A stretch of DNA of 64,000 nt from Okamejei kenojei (taxonomy: Eukaryota), in NCBI GenBank assembly GCA_035221665.1, contig CM069145.1, forward strand, positions 8,680,001-8,744,000, in the 5' to 3' direction. A program made the translations under genes and the position numbers. The notes beneath the pieces are model-generated. The model made no database searches. It had not been told where the DNA came from and saw nothing but the letters and a program-made list of their open reading frames with translations. Below are positions 35,656 to 48,340 of the stretch, piece by piece. How positions within the stretch are numbered: position 1 is the first letter of the stretch; every line of letters starts with the position of its first letter.

Positions 35656-38600
35656 CCTCATCACAGTTATGAAAATATTGAAGCCCGATATCTAGTTTTT
35701 CTTGTGCTCAACAGAAATATTACTAATAGGGAAAATTTAGTTTGTAAGGTAATATTTAGTTGAACAAATAATGATACTGTTAAGCAAGCCAAGTGCTTAC
35801 TGAAGGCATTTGGAAAGTAAATGCCAGACAATTATGTAAAGTCTATTTAATTGTTGATAGACTTTTGCATTTTAATTACTTCTGAGAGCAATTTCATCTA
35901 TTCAATTGGATTTCAGTTTGATTCATAAAAAATAAATGATCTACTGACCAGAAATGAATCCATTTGACCTTTAGTTAGTCAAAATTAACTTCCAATGATT
36001 GGAATAGAAAAAAAACATGAAAAGATTCTATTAAGATTGAAAGCCTTTTCAGAGAACATAACATGATGTTATGCGGAAAGAATTTTAAATATTTTAAAGG
36101 CAAGTTGTTGATAAAATATTTACCAAAACTGAACTTTGGAACTGTTGGAAAATAAATTGCTGCAGCCAAGGAAGTAGTTTAATAATGTCAAAGGTTTGAT
36201 AACGATAAGAGTGATTCATAATAAATCTCTGCAAAGCAGGGGCTAAATTGGGACTGCACCTTCAGACTATTTAAAGGCTCCATTAGATTATTTTTTTCTG
36301 ACCACGCTGAGTTGCAACTGTACATTAGTTTGACCCCACCTTCATCCGACAGCCTTTTTCTAAACAGGCTCTAATTTAACATTTAAAATTGCTTTCATCA
36401 CAAGAGTCCTTACTGGGAACCAAACACCAGTGATAGCAACTGAAATTGGCAAACACAGGCCCAACTTGCCCACAACATGTCCCAGCTACACTAGTCCCAC
36501 ATGCCTGCATTTGGTTCCATATCCCTCCAAACCTGTCCTATCCATGTACCTGTCTAACTGTTTCTTAAACATTGGGATAGTCTCAGCCTCAACTATCTTC
36601 CCTGGCAGCTTGTTCCATGTCCCCACCACACTTTTTGCGAAAAAGTTACCCCTCAGATTCCTATTAAATTTTTTCCCCTTCACCTTAAATCCATGTCCCC
36701 TGGTCCTCGATTCAAGTTCATGGAGTTATACCTGCAAAAACCAGCCGCACGCAATGTCTCCGTAGCCTATTATGCCTTGGAAATTCAAATGCTCATTCAG
36801 ATTATCTTAAGTCTTGAAGATAAAAACTAAATGTAGCGTGACTCAGCTGGACAGACGGCATAGAACGATTGGGTGACGATTCTGGTCGAGACACTTCCTC
36901 AGTGTTGGAGTACATAACTTCACCAACCCCTCAGGCACAGCAGCTCAGATTGCAAGCACCCTTTCGATTAATGAAATATCTTCCACAGCTCCCCTCCATG
37001 TTGCTAATTCCTCTGCTTATGCCTTCTGGTTTTAGATACCAAAACCATGGGGAACAGCTTCTCACTATCTTACCTTTGGGCCAATGAGTCCTACCTTAAT
37101 CAGAGGAACATGACATGTCATCTCGGGCTGATTTGGTAGCACTCCAGCTTCTCAATCAGGAGATTGTGTTGAAGTGCCCATTCTGGGCACTAGCCACGAA
37201 AATAGTAAGATTAAACGAGAACTTACCAGTTTGAAGTTTGATCTTTATTTTATGAGGAGTCGAGTTGAGGGACTACGTGAATAGAAGCCCGTACAGCCGT
37301 TGGTGCGTCAATCTTCAAAGCAGCGGAATGAATTCACAGCTAACAATGACCGAAGTATAACGGTAAGATGATAAAACTAGAACTACCAGATGAGATCTAT
37401 GAGGGTGGGAGCGGAGGGCACGTAGTCCCTCAACTCGACTCCTCATAAAATAAAGATCAAACTTCAAACTGGTAAGTTCTCGTTTAATCTTACTATTTTA
37501 CTTCGGAGTCACGTGAGTGACTACGTGAAGACTTCAAAGCACTGAATTCACGCCGCAGACTCAAATCCGACGTTCACACTGCCTGGATTGACTCAAAAGT
37601 CGTTAACAATCAATCATGCATCAGTAATACATTTGTTAAATGAAATAACAGTTTATTTACAAACAAATCATAACAAACCCCTCTAACTCAGGGGAAAAGT
37701 GTAACTGTACTGAACCAGAATCAGCAAACACCCCAAGCCTTAAAATCGGCTTGTGATAAAACCTCTGAAAAGTTAGCTCACTGGACCATCCTGCGGCCAC
37801 GAGGACATGGTCTATTGGCAAGTCCATCGCCCTTGCCGCGGAAGTTGATGCCGCCCTGGTGGAATGAGATTTGAATTTATCAGTATCAATTCCAGCACTT
37901 GCCATGACCTGCTTTAGCCACCTTGAAATCGTTTGCACCGACACCTTACTGTGTGGTTTTTTGTGACTAATAAACAAAGCCAACTCTGTTCCTCTCAGAG
38001 GTTTAGTAATCTCAATGTAACGAGATAAATGTGAGACTACACAGAAGCGATCATCTGCGGGGTATGCTGAAAACACAATCTTACATCCTGTCATGCCTCT
38101 TTTATTATGTTTAAGCAAATCATAGACATAAAATATAATGGCATCAGCCGACACATGCATTCTATCTAGCCGTAGCTTTTGCAACATTTATACACGTTGA
38201 GCTGAAACCAACGCCATAAGCATGACCACCTTCATAGATAATTTGGCTACTGATAGGCTTGTAACCGGAGCCCACTGGCAAAGAACCATAAAAACCTCAC
38301 TCACATTCCAAATACCGGCATACCTGGGTTTAGGAGGATTAAAATTGAAAAACTCCCTTCATGAATCGTGAAACTAACGGATGTGTCCCTACTGTATGCA
38401 ATTCTGCATTCCTAGGTAAATAAGAAGACAGAGCACTTCTGGCTGAATTAATCGCACTGTAACTTAATTTTTTGGTCAAAATAAAGAGTTGACAAACTCT
38501 AATACATCCGTGATCCCTGCAGTGTGATATACAATATTCTGCTGTAGGCAGAATTGCTCCCACTTCCTTATATAGGTGATATATTGCCGCTGTGTACTAT

Positions 38601-39791
38601 CCCTGCAGTCCGACGTGAGAACATCCACAGTCCGATGAGACAGTCCTCTCCCCAGGTATGGCCTCTTTAAAATCTGCAAATTAACAGATCAATACGATCA
38701 TATAAAGGATGTTGATCCCCAGTGACTGGATTTACCAGTAGATTTTTATTCTTGGGCATAAGCATGTAAGGCTCCCTAGCCATTTGTAATACAACGGGAA
38801 ACCATGCTCGTGTAGGCCAATCTGGCACTACCAATACCCCTGAAGCGGAGTCCTCCTTGATCTTTTGCAAACATCTGCTGATGAGACAGAATGGAGGAAA
38901 TACATACACAAACATTCCTCCCCCAATGCAGCGAAAATGCATCCACTGCTACTGCCCCGGGATCTGGTTACCATGAAACATATCTAGGTAACTGATGATT
39001 TAATTGAGATGCAAACAAGTCAATATCTGGCAATGCATACTGATCAATCATTTGGTTAAATACATCCTGATTTAACATCCATTCAATGTTATCATTAAAC
39101 TGACGTGACCTCTTCCTGGCAAATAAAGTGCTGAAATATTTTGGTCAATACACCAGCTCCAAATCTGGTTAGCCAGTCTATCACAAGACTGTGACTTAAC
39201 TCCACCCATGTGGTTTACATATGCCACTGCTGTGGTGTTGTCAATCTGACCTGCACATGCAGATCCCTCCTTGTAGAACAATAAGCTTTGAGCCCATACC
39301 AGGTGCCCAACAACTCTAAATAATTAATCCCTCTTAATTGAGGAAGTGATGTCTCATCCACATTCCATCTGCCTCCACAACTAGAAGACATATCTGTTGC
39401 ACCCCAACCCAGTGCACTTACATCAGTCTGTAATATCAGTGACGGCGATTCCACCAAAACCTTCCTTAAATTTTTTGAAACATGTACTATCCACCATTGT
39501 ATGTCAGCAATCGCCCCAGCTGACAACTGCATAGGCCTATCAAAAATGGCCCCTTTGTATTCTCAGTGCCTGTTCCTTTGATCGTTGTAATTGTTGATAA
39601 TGCAGAGGACCATACTGCACAGCTGGAAAGGCTGCAACAACTTCCCAATAAAACTGGCTACTTGTCTAATCGAAGGCCGTTGTTCTCCAACGAGATTAAC
39701 ACAGTCCTCAATTAACTGATTCAATTTATCCCTGGGCAAAGTTACCAACATGTGATTGGAATTAATGGTAAATCCCAGATCAATCAATAAT

Positions 39792-39893
39792 CCAGTCTGA
39801 AGAAGGGTCTCGACCCGAAACGTCACCTATCTCCTTCGCTCCTTAGATGCTGCTGCACCCGCTGAGTTTCTCCAGCTTTTTGTGTACACCCGT
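39792..39893 (+). mobile_element. Short Penelope-like hammerhead repeat inserted in DIRS pol with 10-bp TSD
   Basis: AATCAATAAT at 39782-39791 and 39894-39903; intact CTGAAGA-A-GGGTC-TC-GACCC-GAAA-CG-TC at 39797-39824. Confidence 0.88.
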
Positions 39894-41790
39894 AATCAAT
39901 AATTTGGACTGGTGATAATTTAGATTTATCCCATTTGTTCAAAAGTGATTTTAACAACTGAAACTGATGATTGAGTTTCAGCATGAGTCTTTCCAACAAT
40001 CAGAATATCATCTAAATAGGCCATTATCACATGCCCCTGAGCTCTAAGTAATGCTAACATAGGTTTTACCAATTTAGTAAATAATCTAGGAGCTGAAGTT
40101 AATCCATTCGGCAATGTCCTGAATTGCCACAGCTCAGTCATCCAAATAAATTTCAAATATCTTCTATCATCACCATGAATAGACACTGCGTAATACGCAT
40201 TCTTTAAATCAATGGTTGCCATATACTACCCTTTGGACACTAGATGTTTGCCCGTGGTAAAGGTCTCCATTTTGAAATGCCTATAACAAACACATTTGTT
40301 CAAATTCGATAAATCCAGAATAATTCTACATCCCCCAGTCTTTTTAGATCTGGGAAATATACTTGACAGAAATTGTTGACTTTGATAGACAGAAGGCTCA
40401 ATTACCCCTTTCTTATGTAACGACTGAATCTCTGCTTGAATAAGCACATTTTCCTCATCTGAAAAATAAGTTTACGACTAGGAAAATGTTGATTAGGTAG
40501 ACTGTCCTTATAGTAAAATCCAATTGTTCACCCCTTCAATACACTAAGTATGAACAAATCTGATGTCAACTGCTGCCATTGTTTGAGAAACAATTTTAAC
40601 CTTCCCCAATTTGAACAGGAACATCAGTTAATTCATCGTCTGTCAATGTTATATTCCTTACCAGCATCTTTCCTTGTGGCCTTGTTGTCCTCGACTTCTT
40701 GTAGAGAACCTTTTTTGCCTTGCTTCCAGCTGGCTTAATGAGGGCCATGGTTATAACAACCTCATGACAGTCTTTGACCCTTTTTGCAAGGTTACCACCA
40801 AACAACAGATTTCGTGGTGGTACACTGGTCGGTTGCACAACTCGCCAAATTCGGGTTAGCACTGGCCTAATAGCGGCCCTCCCGATATTATTAATTTCAA
40901 AATGCATTACAAAGGAGTCCCAGTTCATCCTGGTGTGCTTCAACCATATCGTTTGTATCAATAACTTTCACCACAACTGTAATACCTGCTGACAACAGTT
41001 TAAGCACTTTTTTAAACTTCATCTCCTGGGCCCTAGCAGGCAAACCCATCTATGACCAAATTTGGTGATTAACCACCGATACCTTCAGGAGATCACAATT
41101 AACAGGAGCTTTATAGTTTTTTGCTACTTCATCCATAGCTAGCTCCTGTAACTGGTGGGAGAGCATATACTGAATGGCTTCGGCCAATTCTACATCAATC
41201 GCCTTTCCTGCCTCTCTACACTCAGCAAACATCCCAGCAATGTTCGGAATTACCTACAACCGAACACCTTTACTGCTCTCCCCCAGCATAGAATCAGTGT
41301 CAGCAAACTGCACTGATAGAACATCCTCCTCACAGGCAGGATAGTTCTGCAGCCCTGAAACAGGTGCTGCTAGCACAAGCTCTCCATCAGCCTGGCTTGG
41401 GCACCACTCCTCCCCACGGAGCTGGTCCCTGTCGAGCATTCTTTTGTAATAGAATCTCGACGTGGGAGAGCCGTGAGCAAACGGACTCTCACATGGAGGG
41501 TATAACCTCCAGGCCCGACTCATTTACGGGCCACAGAGACTTGTCAGTAGGGTGGCCTTCCACTGCCCCCCGGCAGTGGGTCTGCAACCACTGGCTGTGT
41601 AGCCAGCACCGGACCAGGTGTACCAGACGGGCCTCCATCCTCAACACTCTCCTGCCACTTTTCCTTTCTACCCCCGGAGCGCCTCGCCGACACCTTCTTC
41701 ACTTTCTGCAACATTCTCTAAGAACCCCAAACCGTCGCAGAAAATGACATGTGGTAAAATTTAAAAAAAAAACCTTACCTCTTTAAACTT

Positions 41791-41930
41791 GTTTAACGAA
41801 GAACTGCAAATGCTGGAGAATCGAGGGTGAAGTATGAAGAAGGGTCTCGACCCGCAACGTCGCCCATCTCCCTCGCTCCTTAGATGCTGCTGCACCCGCT
41901 AAATTCTCCAGCTCTTCGTATAACCCGCGG
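41791..41930 (+). mobile_element. Short Penelope-like repeat inserted in the DIRS 5' leader with 9-bp TSD
   Basis: TTTAAACTT at 41782-41790 and 41931-41939; short inverted 5' arm followed by a degenerate hammerhead. Confidence 0.8.
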
Positions 41931-42544
41931 TTTAAACTTACCGCTCGGAGGAGCGCTGCTGCTCCAACCGCCCGACTGCACCAGCGTCTGACGTCATGAC
42001 GCACCAACGGCTGTACGGGCTTCTATTCACGTAGTCACTCACGTGACTCCGAAGTAAAATCAATGTTGTTTCTCCACTTTGATGTAATTGGAAATTTAGG
42101 TTTGTATTAGGCAGACAAAAATGCTGGAGAAACTCAGTGGGTGAGGCAGCATCTATGGAGCGAAGGAAATAGGCAACGTTCCGGGTTGAAACCCTTCTTC
42201 AGACTCTTATACTGCTCTTTCTTCTGTGCTGCATGTTTGAAATTTGTTTTCTTGCAATGGCGTATAATTGTAGTGATTTCTCTGCCAAATAATAATACCC
42301 TAAAATTCTAAACAGATATTTCTTGCTTGTGTTGATATTGGGCCTATGTCCCCTTGAATTTGAAAGAATGAGAGGGGAGCTCATTGAGTTATACAAAGAT
42401 CTTACAGGACCTGACAAGATATGAAATTCAGATTAGTTTAGAATACAGGTCCATCGGCTCACTGAGTCTGCGTCGACCAGCGTTCACCAATGCAGTATTT
42501 CTATCCTACACAGTAGGGACAAATTTACCAAAGACAATTAACTT

Positions 42545-43805
42545 AGAAACATAGAAAGTAGGTGCAGGAGTAGGCCATTCGGCCCTTTGAGCCTGAACCG
42601 CCATTCAATATGATCGTGGCTGATCATCCAACTCAGTATCCCTTACCTGCTTTCTCTCCATACCCCCTGATCCCTTTAGCCACAAGGGCCACATCTAACT
42701 CCCTCTTAAATATAGCCAATGAACTGGCCTCAATTACCTTCTGTGGCAGAGAATTCCACAGATTCACCACTCTCTGTGTGAAAAATGTTTTTCTCATTTT
42801 GGTCCTAAAAGATTTCCCCCTTATCCTTAAACTGTGACCCCTTATCCTGGACTTCCCCAACATTGGGAACAATCTTCCTGCATCTAGCCTGTCCAACCCC
42901 TTAAGAATTTTGTAAGTTTCTATAAGATCCCCCCTCAATCTTTTAAATTCTAGCGAGTACAAGCCGAGTCTATCCAGTCTTTCTTCATATGAAAGTCCTG
43001 ACATCCCAGGAATCAGTCTGGTGAACCTTCTCTGTACTCCCTCTACGGCAAGAATGTCTTTCCTCAGATTTGGAGACCAAAACTGTACGCAATACTCCAG
43101 GTGTGGTCTCACCAAGACCCTGTACAACTGCAGTAGAACCACCCTGCTCCTATACTCAAATCCTTTTGCTATGAATGCTAACATACCATTCGCTTTCTTC
43201 ATTGCCTGCTGCACCTGCATGCCTACTTTCAATGACTGGTGTACCATGACACCCAGGTCTCGTTGCATCTCCCCTTTTCCTAATCGGCCACCATTCAAAT
43301 AATAGTCTACCTTCCTGTTTTTGCCACCAAAGTGGATAACCTCACATTTATCCACATTATACTGCATCTGCCATGCATTTGCCCACTCACCAAGCCTATC
43401 CAAGTCACCTTGCAGCCTCCTAGCATCCTCCTCACAGCTAACACTGCCCCCAGCTTCGTGTCATCCGCAAACTTGGAGATGTTGCATTCAATTCCCTCGT
43501 CCAAATCATTAATATATATTGTAAATAGCTGGGGTCCCAGCACTGTCACTGCCTGCCATCCTGAAAAGGACCCGTTCACTCCTACTCTTTGCTTCCTGTC
43601 TGCCAGCCAGTTCTCTATCCACATCAATACTGAACCGCCAATACCGTGTGCTTTAAGTCTGTATACTAATGTCTTGTGTGGGACCTTGTCGAAAGCCTTC
43701 TGAAAGTCCGGATATAGCACATCCACTGGTTCTCCCTAGTTACATCCTCAAAAAATTCTATAAGATTCGTCAGACATGATTTATCTTTCGTAAATCCATG
43801 CTGAC
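42545..43805 (-). mobile_element. CR1-clade LINE (HER1-like), ~1.26 kb 3' portion
   Basis: ORFs 43307-43726 ([32 protein letters not shown]) and 42633-43403 (RPHLEYCVQFWSP, RLRGDLIE). Confidence 0.95.
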
Positions 43806-43968
43806 CTACAAAACTGCACATCTTTGGAAACCGGATCACCCAGAGAAAACCCACACGGTCACAAAGAGAACGTACAAACTCTGCACAGACAGCACCCGTA
43901 GTCAGGATCGAATCCTGGTCCCTGGTGCTGTAAAGCAGCAACTCTACCACTGCACCACCGTGCTGCCC
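43805..43968 (-). mobile_element. V-SINE 5' portion
   Basis: tRNA-like head GGCAGCACGGTGGTGCAGTGGTAGAG and B-box-like GGATTCGATCC on the minus strand. Confidence 0.78.
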
Positions 43969-44392
43969 CTAAATGTTGATGTTTCTCCTGGCTGGGGTAT
44001 CATGAACCACATGCACAAATCACTCTATTCCAGAAAAGGACAGCAGTAACCCAACGGGTCAGGCAGCATCTCTGCAGAACATGAAGAGGTGATGTTTTTG
44101 GGTTGGGAACTTCCTTTGTGTCCTTTTGTGTAAACCAGTATCTGCAGTTCCTTGTTCCTACTTCCCCTCTATTCCAGGTTGAGCTCACAATCCTCTCCCA
44201 AACGCAGATCTGATGTCCCAGGCACTCGGTTGCTCTCCCGTTGTAATCCCTGCATCGAGACTCAATCCCTGTGATGTTTCGCTCCATTCACATAAAAGAT
44301 CTATGGAACCTTGACAAATAAGAGCAGAGACATTATTCCAGTCAGTATTGATTAAACAAACTTACTGGTCATTATCACTTTGCTGTGTGTGT

Positions 44393-44750
44393 ACAGTGAA
44401 AGGCCTGGATAGAGTGGATGTGAAGAGGATGTTTCCACTGGTGCAAGAGTCCAGGACAAGAGGTCATTGCCTCACAATTAAAGGACGTTCCTTTAGGAAG
44501 AAAATGAGGAGTTTTGTTAGTCTGAGGATGGTGAATCTGTGGAATTCTTTGCCACAGAAGGATGTTGAGGCCAAGTCAATTAATATTTTTAAGGCAGTGA
44601 TGGGTAGATTCTTGATTACTTCAGGTGTCAGGTGTTATGGGGAGAAGGCAGGAGAATGGGGTTAGGAGGGAGAGATAGATCAGCCATGATTGAATGCCAG
44701 AGTAGGCTTGATGGGCTGAATGGCCTAATTCTACTCCTATCACTTATGAA
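44393..44750 (+). mobile_element. CR1 LINE 3' fragment
   Basis: KGLDRVDVKRMFPLV.ESRTRGH plus 3'UTR. Confidence 0.85.
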
Positions 44751-45094
44751 CTGGTTCTACATTACAATGAATACACAACAGAAGTACTCCACTGCTTGTT
44801 GAGTGCTCTGGGATCTCCTAAGGTCTTGAAGAGTAATGTAGAAACAAAAGTCTTAGTTTATATTATTTCTTCATTTGATTTAGATGAGTTTATTGTCAAA
44901 TACGCTAGGCTGCCGTAACATTTCTTGTTCACACGAAGCCTGTGGAGTAAACTGTATGCATAGAAAAATGCCAAATACAATAATATGTACAATAATGGGC
45001 AAAATAGCAGAAAGGTACAAGATTGTAGTGCAATCCAAATTAGTAGAAAAAAAATTAAAGTACAATAATGAAATAACCAAATGAAATAGAGTTA

Positions 45095-45332
45095 AGGGCC
45101 TGTCCGACATGGTGATTTTTTTGGCGACTGTCGGCATCATTGACTGAAGTATCAGGTCACCGAAAAGGTTGCGGTGAAAAACACGACGTATTGGCGTGCG
45201 GTGTCTCCTCAAGTGTGGCAACATTTTTTTGTCGCCGCTGGATTTTGAAATGTTCAAAATCTCTCGGCGACCTGATACGTCAGTCAATGACGCTGGCAGT
45301 CGCCGAAAAAATCGCCATGTGGGACAGGCCCT
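45095..45332. mobile_element. PIF/Harbinger-type MITE
   Basis: AGGGCCTGTCC / GGACAGGCCCT TIRs extending ~70 bp; TSD TTA on both sides. Confidence 0.88.
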
Positions 45333-45574
45333 TTAAGTGTATTTGCCAGCACCTTTTAGGAATTGTTTTAGGAATCTAACAACAGTGGGGAATGTTGGAA
45401 AACTATGATTTCAAGTTCCTATATCTACTTCCTCTTCTAGCTTCTCCCAGAAGTGTAGGAAGGAACTGCAGACCCTGAAGAAGGGTCTCGACCCGAAACT
45501 TCACCTATTCCTTTTCCCCAGAGATTCTGTCTGACCAAGCTTTTTGTGTCTATCTTCAGGATAGAATGAAGTAT

Positions 45575-45930
45575 CGAGCCTTTGATGGACGAGGCTGTGT
45601 TCACCACTCACTGCAAGAGCAGAGCAGTTGCTGTATCAGGCTGAGATGCATTGCATCAAACTACTTTCCGTAGGGCATCGGTAGTGGTGCCAGAGAATCT
45701 TTATGGATGTGCCAAATCTATTCAGATGCCCAAGAAAGTAAATACGCTGATGGGCTTTCTTAATCATTGTGTTAATGTGAAGGGACCAGGTTAGGTTGCT
45801 GTTAATATGGATACATATGAACTTGAAATGGCCAACTACCTCTACTGCAGCTCCAGTGTAGAGGATAGGGTTGTGTTCACTATCTCGCTTCCTTAAGTCA
45901 ACAACCAACTTTTTTGTCTTGCTGATGTTA
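45575..45930 (-). mobile_element. Rex1/Babar LINE fragment adjoining a CR1 tail
   Basis: NISKTKKLVVDLRK..FKFICIHINSNLTWS..KKAHQRIYFL. Confidence 0.75.
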
Positions 45931-46659
45931 ACATAGAAATGTAGAAACATAGAAAATAGGTGCAGGAGTAGGCCATTCGGCCCTTCGAGCCAGCACTGCA
46001 ATTCGATATGATCATGGCTGATCATCTGGAATCAGCACCCTGTTCCTACTTTCTCCCCATATCCTTTGATTCCGTTAAAGGCTAGGCTGTTGTACTGGCA
46101 CCATGGCACAAACATTTGAAATGTATGTGAGATTAGGTAAAGGAGCACTAGATTCCTTTTACACATTATGCAATTAATTTTTATCACAAACACTGAGCTC
46201 ATTCCTTGTATTCTGGTCACAGAATCAGTTCTAGATCCTCTGTGCAATGAAGATGCTTATTCACAAAAGCCCCCAGATATTGGAGGAACCACCTAATGCA
46301 GACAATGTGTTAACCTCCTCATTCCTGGGATCATTCTTGTAAACTTCCTCTGGGCCCTCTCCAGAGCCAGCACATCTAGTGAAAAGTCACCTCTCAGGAA
46401 GTGATGGCTGAGCATAGAACATAGAATATAAAACAGTCCAGCACAGCACAGGAATGGGCCCTTCGGCCCACAATGTTCATGCCTAACCTACCTGAACTGA
46501 TTAAATCTGCCTGCACATAATCCATATCCCTCTATTGCCTACGGAAGGATATAATAAACGAGGAAACAATGGACCACCCTCATCTCAACTGTGTTGGTAT
46601 TCAGCTTCCAATATTCCAAAAAATCTTTCCTACTCTATAATTCCTACTCTGCAGCTCAC

Positions 46660-46809
46660 TTCTTCTTCCTCTTCTTCTTCCTTCATGTGGCATGCACAGT
46701 CTAAAGTTGTTGGACAACTTGTTCTATTTGATCTTCCGTTTGTGCACGTCGAGTTGATTGCATTAGTCGAAGCAGGGCGGACCACGTGAAGGTTGCAATC
46801 GTCCACCCT
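46660..46809 (-). mobile_element. ~150-bp retroposed SINE-like element with HDV-like ribozyme head and (GAA)n tail
   Basis: TSD AGCTCAC at 46653-46659 and 46810-46816; (TTC)n tail at 46660-46684 on +; no tRNA A/B boxes. Confidence 0.8.
46756..46809 (-). ncRNA. Minimal HDV-like self-cleaving ribozyme (54 nt)
   Basis: Minus strand AGGGTGG-AC-GATTGCA-ACC-TTCACGT-GGT-CCGCCCT-G-CTTCGA-CTAA-TGCAATC = P1 (7 bp), J1/2, P2 (7 bp), P3 (3 bp), L3 (7 nt), P3', P1', P1.1 G, minimal P4, J4/2 with catalytic C, P2'. Confidence 0.82.
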
Positions 46810-46907
46810 AGCTCACCTCTCATTGCTTCTGAAAGCCATAACCACTGTCTACACTCAAACTGCCACAGGATTTGCACCAAGTAGGCCAGCTGCTACTGAG
46901 GGACACA

Positions 46908-47115
46908 ATGTGTAGGAAGGAACTGCAGATGCTGGTTTAAACCGAAGGTAGACACAAAATGCTGGAGTAACTCAGCGGGGCAGGCAGCATCTCTGGATAG
47001 AAGGAATGGGTGTCGAGACCCATCTTCAGTCTGAACCCGAAACGTCACCCATTCCTTCTATCCAGAGATGCTGCCTGTCCCACTGAGTTCCTCCAGCAAT
47101 TTGCGCCTATCTTCA
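46908..47115. mobile_element. Inverted pair of Penelope-like repeats with TSD-like flanks
   Basis: Palindromic arms; ACTGAGGGACA occurs on both flanks (~46895 and ~47116). Confidence 0.8.
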
Positions 47116-47734
47116 CTGAGGGACAGAATATTGTGCAGGTGCTATTCCAGCCTGACTAAGTTATGAGAGGGAATGAATTTCTTGATTTTTAAATGATTTC
47201 CTGCCTGTAATGCACCCACTACAATGCTCCAAAGTTAAGAAATGTATAACGGAGGAAGCTTCATCAGTGGCAGCGACATCATCACAATGATTTCTCAGCA
47301 TTCCCTGAAGTATCATTCACCGCAATCAAATGGTTCCATTATTACAGAAAAGTGCACTGATTAAAGCTTCCATTACTGATCTGGGAACATTATCCATACA
47401 ATTGCCTATCTCTGCAATGCCCAAACCCAGAACTCTAAGTGTGTGACACTTTTGGCGACATCACCACGGCACTGGTCCACCTACTGAGGAGTAGTCCTGA
47501 ATAATCCTTTATCGGTTAGACCAGCGAGAAAGGGAAATGTGTGTTAATCCTTGATCTCGACAAATCAATATTACCACATTGAGCACCATGATATAAATAA
47601 TAATTTGTACAATCATATGGACATAGAATGATGATGAACACTTAAAAATATCGAACGTTCTCTGCTGTCATGCCGTCCATCGTCCAAATGTAAGGCATTG
47701 TGTAGAATTAGACCATGTCGGCCCAATCATAGCA

Positions 47735-48340
47735 CATCAAACATAGAACAGTACAGCACAGGAACAGGCCCTTCAGCCTCCACTGTCTGTGCTGTACATA
47801 ATGCTAAGCTACCTGATCTCCACAGCTTCTATCTGGTCCACATTCATCCATTCCCTGCATATTCATTTGCCTATCTAAAAGCATCTTAAACACCACTATC
47901 ATATCTGCTCTTACCAGCAAACCCAACTTCCCATGCCAGGATCACCACTTTCTAAGCAAAAACAAATTGTCCCAAACATCTATTTTAAACTTTAGCCACT
48001 GGTAAAAGGTTCTGACTGTTTACTCGATCTATGCCTCTTATAATGTTATCAACTTCTATCAGGTCTTTTAGCCTTCGATATTCCATAGGGAAACAATTCA
48101 TGTTTGTCCATCTTCTCCTTATTGCTAATACCCTCCACTCCAGGCAATGTTCCGGTAAACTTCTTCTGCACTTTTTCCAAAGCCGCTGCCTCCACATCCT
48201 TCTTGTAATGGGGGTGATCTGAACTGCACGCTGTACTCCAAACCAAACCCAACTTTGACCTAACCAAAGTTTAATAAAGCTGCAGCATGACTTCCTGACT
48301 CTCATATTCAATGCCGCAATTGATGAAGGCAAACATATAC
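47735..48340 (-). mobile_element. Old CR1 LINE 3' fragment
   Basis: PHYKKDVEA.LEKVQKKFTGTLPG; RRLKDLIEV. Confidence 0.75.

Larger units (their letters stand above)
37199..42059 (-). mobile_element. Second DIRS1-type retrotransposon (different subfamily), both ends intact
   Basis: Left end 42059-42001, ICR 37419-37527, right end 37199-37310; gag remnants, RT (IDLKNAY, AYLDD), RNase H (LQTDVS), methylase (YVFPPF), YR (FKSHSTRAAST..TFQRFYHKP). Confidence 0.95.
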
